This document shows, in pieces, positions 60,871 to 64,000 of a DNA stretch of 64,000 nucleotides; position 1 is the stretch's first letter, and the number at the start of each line of letters is the position of its first letter. The stretch spans positions 124,001 to 188,000 of the forward strand of contig CAJINV010000020.1 of the NCBI GenBank assembly GCA_905178155.1. Reading direction: 5' to 3'. The stretch comes from Amoebophrya sp. A120. Taxonomy: Eukaryota > Protista > Dinoflagellata. The translations under genes and the position numbers were made by a program. Below the pieces are notes generated by a model, which was given only the letters and a program-made list of their open reading frames with translations, did not search any database and had not been told where the DNA came from.

Positions 60871-63312
60871 TCAAACAGGATTGCTCAATAGATCGATGTG
60901 TAGATCTACTGCTGGGCGAGCATAAAGGACCATCATAATCGCGTCCAAAAATTCCTTTGCGTTTGTAGACCGTCGACTGAAGGAACTACGAAAGTCTGTT
61001 GAACAAGTGCACTTCGAAAGGTCATCGGGTCTTTCCTGTATCACGTGCTTTCCGCCTGCACAATTCGCGTTCTCGCCGTCCGCAGCCCGAGCACAGGTGC
61101 CTATGCGTTCGCGAAGAAAGAAAGTGATGCGGTCTCGTTCTTCCGCCGCGCGCCGTGAACCACCCGCCTTAGCCGGCATACTTACTTCAGGCCCGCCTCC
61201 TTTTTCGCCTTGGCTGTCGCTCCATTTGTTCGACGAAAAGGTGGTCCTGGCCACCCTGTCTGTCCGCGCCAAACGCCGCCTTTGCGCGGTTCTTTTGGCG
61301 ACCGCTGATTGAGACGGCAGTATTTCCACGTAGTTTCCCCTGATCATCCTCGTCCTCACCGCTGCTCGTACCTCCTTCGGAGCCGAACGATTCTCCGTCC
61401 GAATCTGCTTCCAAGCTGGCTTCGATCATCGCCAGCTGCGCGGCGGTCAGACTGTTCTCATCGTCTTTTATGAGAGTGCAAGAAAACTCGTCCCCCTCAC
61501 TTCCCTATGGATAGGCTATCCATTGTTTGAAATGCGAGAAATGTGGTTTCCGCATGACACTTCTTCCACGCACCGAATAGAGCAGTACTGGTGTTCCCGG
61601 TTCCGCAACTTGTGATGCCAACGGTAAAAGAAGGCCTTGAAGTGGATTTCGATTTGCGATACTTTGCATGACAAGTGAGGGGGAGTCGTGCTCTTTCCTA
61701 TCTTCGTCGTCGAAGTCGATGGCGTTCCCGTCGGCGTCGCAACCGTTGAAGGCGATGAGGTGGGGCAGCGCGGCGAACACCTCCACGCGGCGGTGTTCGT
61801 CGCTTTCGTATCCTATGTAAAAACGTCCCCACCCCATAGTCAAGATGGGGCATTGGCTAGACAAATCCACAAGTTTTGGCTGTCTTGCATGACAGATTTG
61901 GACTCGTAGCGTAGTGCTGTTTGAGCTAGCTCAGCAGCATCACAGACCCTGTATATAATGCTGATTGGAGCATGACAAATTGCAAAACACGATTGGATTT
62001 GGAAAATGCTTCTCATGGGGCTCCGCATGAGAAACAATTTCAGCATGCAGATTTGCAATACAACTATGGCGTGGGGACGTTTTTACATAGGATATTTCGA
62101 ACTCGAGCAGCATGTCGCACTCCAGCACGCGCAACTGCGGGAGTTGCTGAAGGTACGGCGCGATGTCCTGTGCAAAAGAGGTGATATTGACGCAGCGGTC
62201 CACGCTCAGGTGAAATAACCGCGGAAAAGCCTGTTCTTGCGACCCCTCCTGCACCGCCAGAAAATCCAACGTCGTCAAGGGATTGGCAGAAAGGTCAAGA
62301 ACCTGGTGCGCGTCGTGCGGGGTAGGAAAATAAGAATAACGTACGGAAGATGATGTCGAAACTACTTGGATATTGATTTTTTCTTTTTGTAGCAACATTC
62401 TATTATTTCCCGCTCGCGTAGTCTTTCTAGTGGAAGTTATGCTTCCGTCGTAGGATTCCAACTTGCCAGTGCTTTACTTGGAGCAAGAAGCTGTACCAAC
62501 CCGAAACAAAGAGAACAAGATACACAACCCTATCCTGTCATTACCACGAGATTTTCTGCCGCCTCTTCCCAAGCTCGCGGCGGCGCCACTTCCCGTAGAT
62601 GGCAGTTGGTGATGGCCAGAGCACGGAGCTTCGGGCACTTTTTCTTCAGTACGCCCCATTCTGCGAGCGAGTCGTTATGATGGTATGGCACGAGGAATTG
62701 TTGTACCCTATTTCGGCATGATCTACTTCTTCTGTACTCTGATTTAGCTGTTTAAATAAACCAAACGATCGTCCTGGTAATTCAGTGCTAAATCCCTGTG
62801 GTAAGCACCAAATCCAAATGCAGAATGAGTTGTTGCGGACGACACTGATTTTATGCAACCGAGCCAGGTCTTCGTGGTCTTTCGCGGGCAGCAGATTTTC
62901 CCCGTATCCGTACAAACCGTTTCCCCCGCAAATCGACGCTCTCCACGTCCGCAAGCACCGGTGTGTCAGTTCCTTGCTCGAGGCGCAGCAAAGCATGCTC
63001 GCTAAAGAAATACTCGTCAAGAAGCTCGGACAGGGCCCTGGGAAGTTGCTGCTGTAGCATCTTCTCCGGCTGCGCTTCCGGTGCATATGCAGTCCCAGGA
63101 TGAACAGGACGCTGCTGCGCGGCAGTAGTTGCGGCCCGAAGATGTAGATGTTGAACAACCGGATTGTTCATCGGTATTGGCACACCCCTAATATGTTGCG
63201 GCGGCTGCATGTAAGAAGTCCCGGGCGCGAAAGGAGGACGGTGCCCGCTGCTAGAAGATGCCGATGCCTTCCCAAACGGAAATCCACCAGAAACCGCGTT
63301 CTCGCCTCCCAT
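60871..63312 (-). CDS. Leucine-rich-repeat protein with LRRcap-like motif; exon structure and ends uncertain
   Basis: VLDLSANPL, LPQLRVLE, FE|SDEHRRVEVFAALPHLIAFNG; two TIR elements; apparent frameshift near 62920. Confidence 0.55.
61469..61700. mobile_element. TIR introner family D
   Basis: TATGAGAGTGCAAG..TCCCCCTCACTT...AAGTGAGGGGGA..TTCCTA; DR TCTTT/TCTTC; frame restored (DDED|DENSL). Confidence 0.75.
61809..62094. mobile_element. TIR introner family C
   Basis: TATCCTATGTAAAAACGTCCCCAC...GTGGGGACGTTTTTACATAGGATA (perfect 24-nt TIR); DR TTTCG; homologous to 19250-19528. Confidence 0.95.
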
Positions 63313-64000
63313 CTTGATGGTGAGTCATTTAACTCGCCACGGTATGAAACGCCTTGGGCCTGTAAGTGTGAAATCAAAATATATCCAACGAGAAAATACG
63401 AACAAATAATGCTCCAAAAAGCTGAGGGTGAATATACAACGCTATAGTCAGTTTCTCCATTAGCTGCGGTACGTGTGCTAATGAGGTCCTTGGCTTGATC
63501 TACGTTTCACCTGACGGGCAGGTTGTCCGATACGAAACAGAAAAGGCAATATGCGATCCTGATTGACAGTTTTTTTCTTTTACCAGTATGAATTCTGAGC
63601 AGGGCTGCACCTGTCACAAACAATGACCAAAGCGACAGACCTCGCCGGGAGGGTGCGTTGAATTGCAGGCGATTGGAAATGTTGGTGATCCACACACTAC
63701 TATCTAAATATTGCATTAGTGCTTCGACTTTTTTGCTTTCCAACAATACTAGCAGAATATAGGTGGACTCAGGGTCCACGTGGGACAAACAGCAACTGAA
63801 ACTCCACACACGGAGATGGAGGCTCTCTCTTCACATAAAGAAAAGTAATTCCAAAGCCCCCGTTCTGCTGAATGGATGCAAATAGGCCGCGCCAAGAAAA
63901 GGCTTGACTTTCTTCGATGTACTTTTCGAGATACGCAAACGTGACAGGCCCCACGTCAACGATGGGAACCGGAACGAACGCTCGATTACAAGGACGACCC

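Overview
Eukaryotic, gene-dense window in which every recognisable gene lies on the minus strand: DUS2-type tRNA-dihydrouridine synthase, three DUF285/BspA-like paralogs, a ~3,100-aa hypothetical, a Cys-rich protein, an SLC17-type MFS transporter, uroporphyrinogen decarboxylase, a CBM20-trehalose-6-P synthase/phosphatase, an Upf1/MOV10-like helicase and an LRR protein. The dominant signal is 37 non-coding insertions inside coding exons. 33 are 148-384 bp elements with terminal inverted repeats (TIRs) of at least 10 sequence types. They almost always start and end with TA and are flanked by a 5-nt direct repeat (DR) of arbitrary sequence (26 perfect, 7 degenerate). Two more are atypical/degenerate and two are ~1 kb long-TIR elements. 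Removing an element plus one DR copy restores the reading frame and conserved protein motifs, yet GT-AG ends are usually impossible. They therefore behave as transposon-derived, non-canonical introns (introners). Unrelated TIR families share an internal TGT(C/G)ATGC motif in both orientations, and tandem paralogs show filled versus empty sites. This architecture matches what is described for Amoebophrya (Syndiniales) genomes; that assignment is inference. All coordinates were read by eye and may be off by a few bases.
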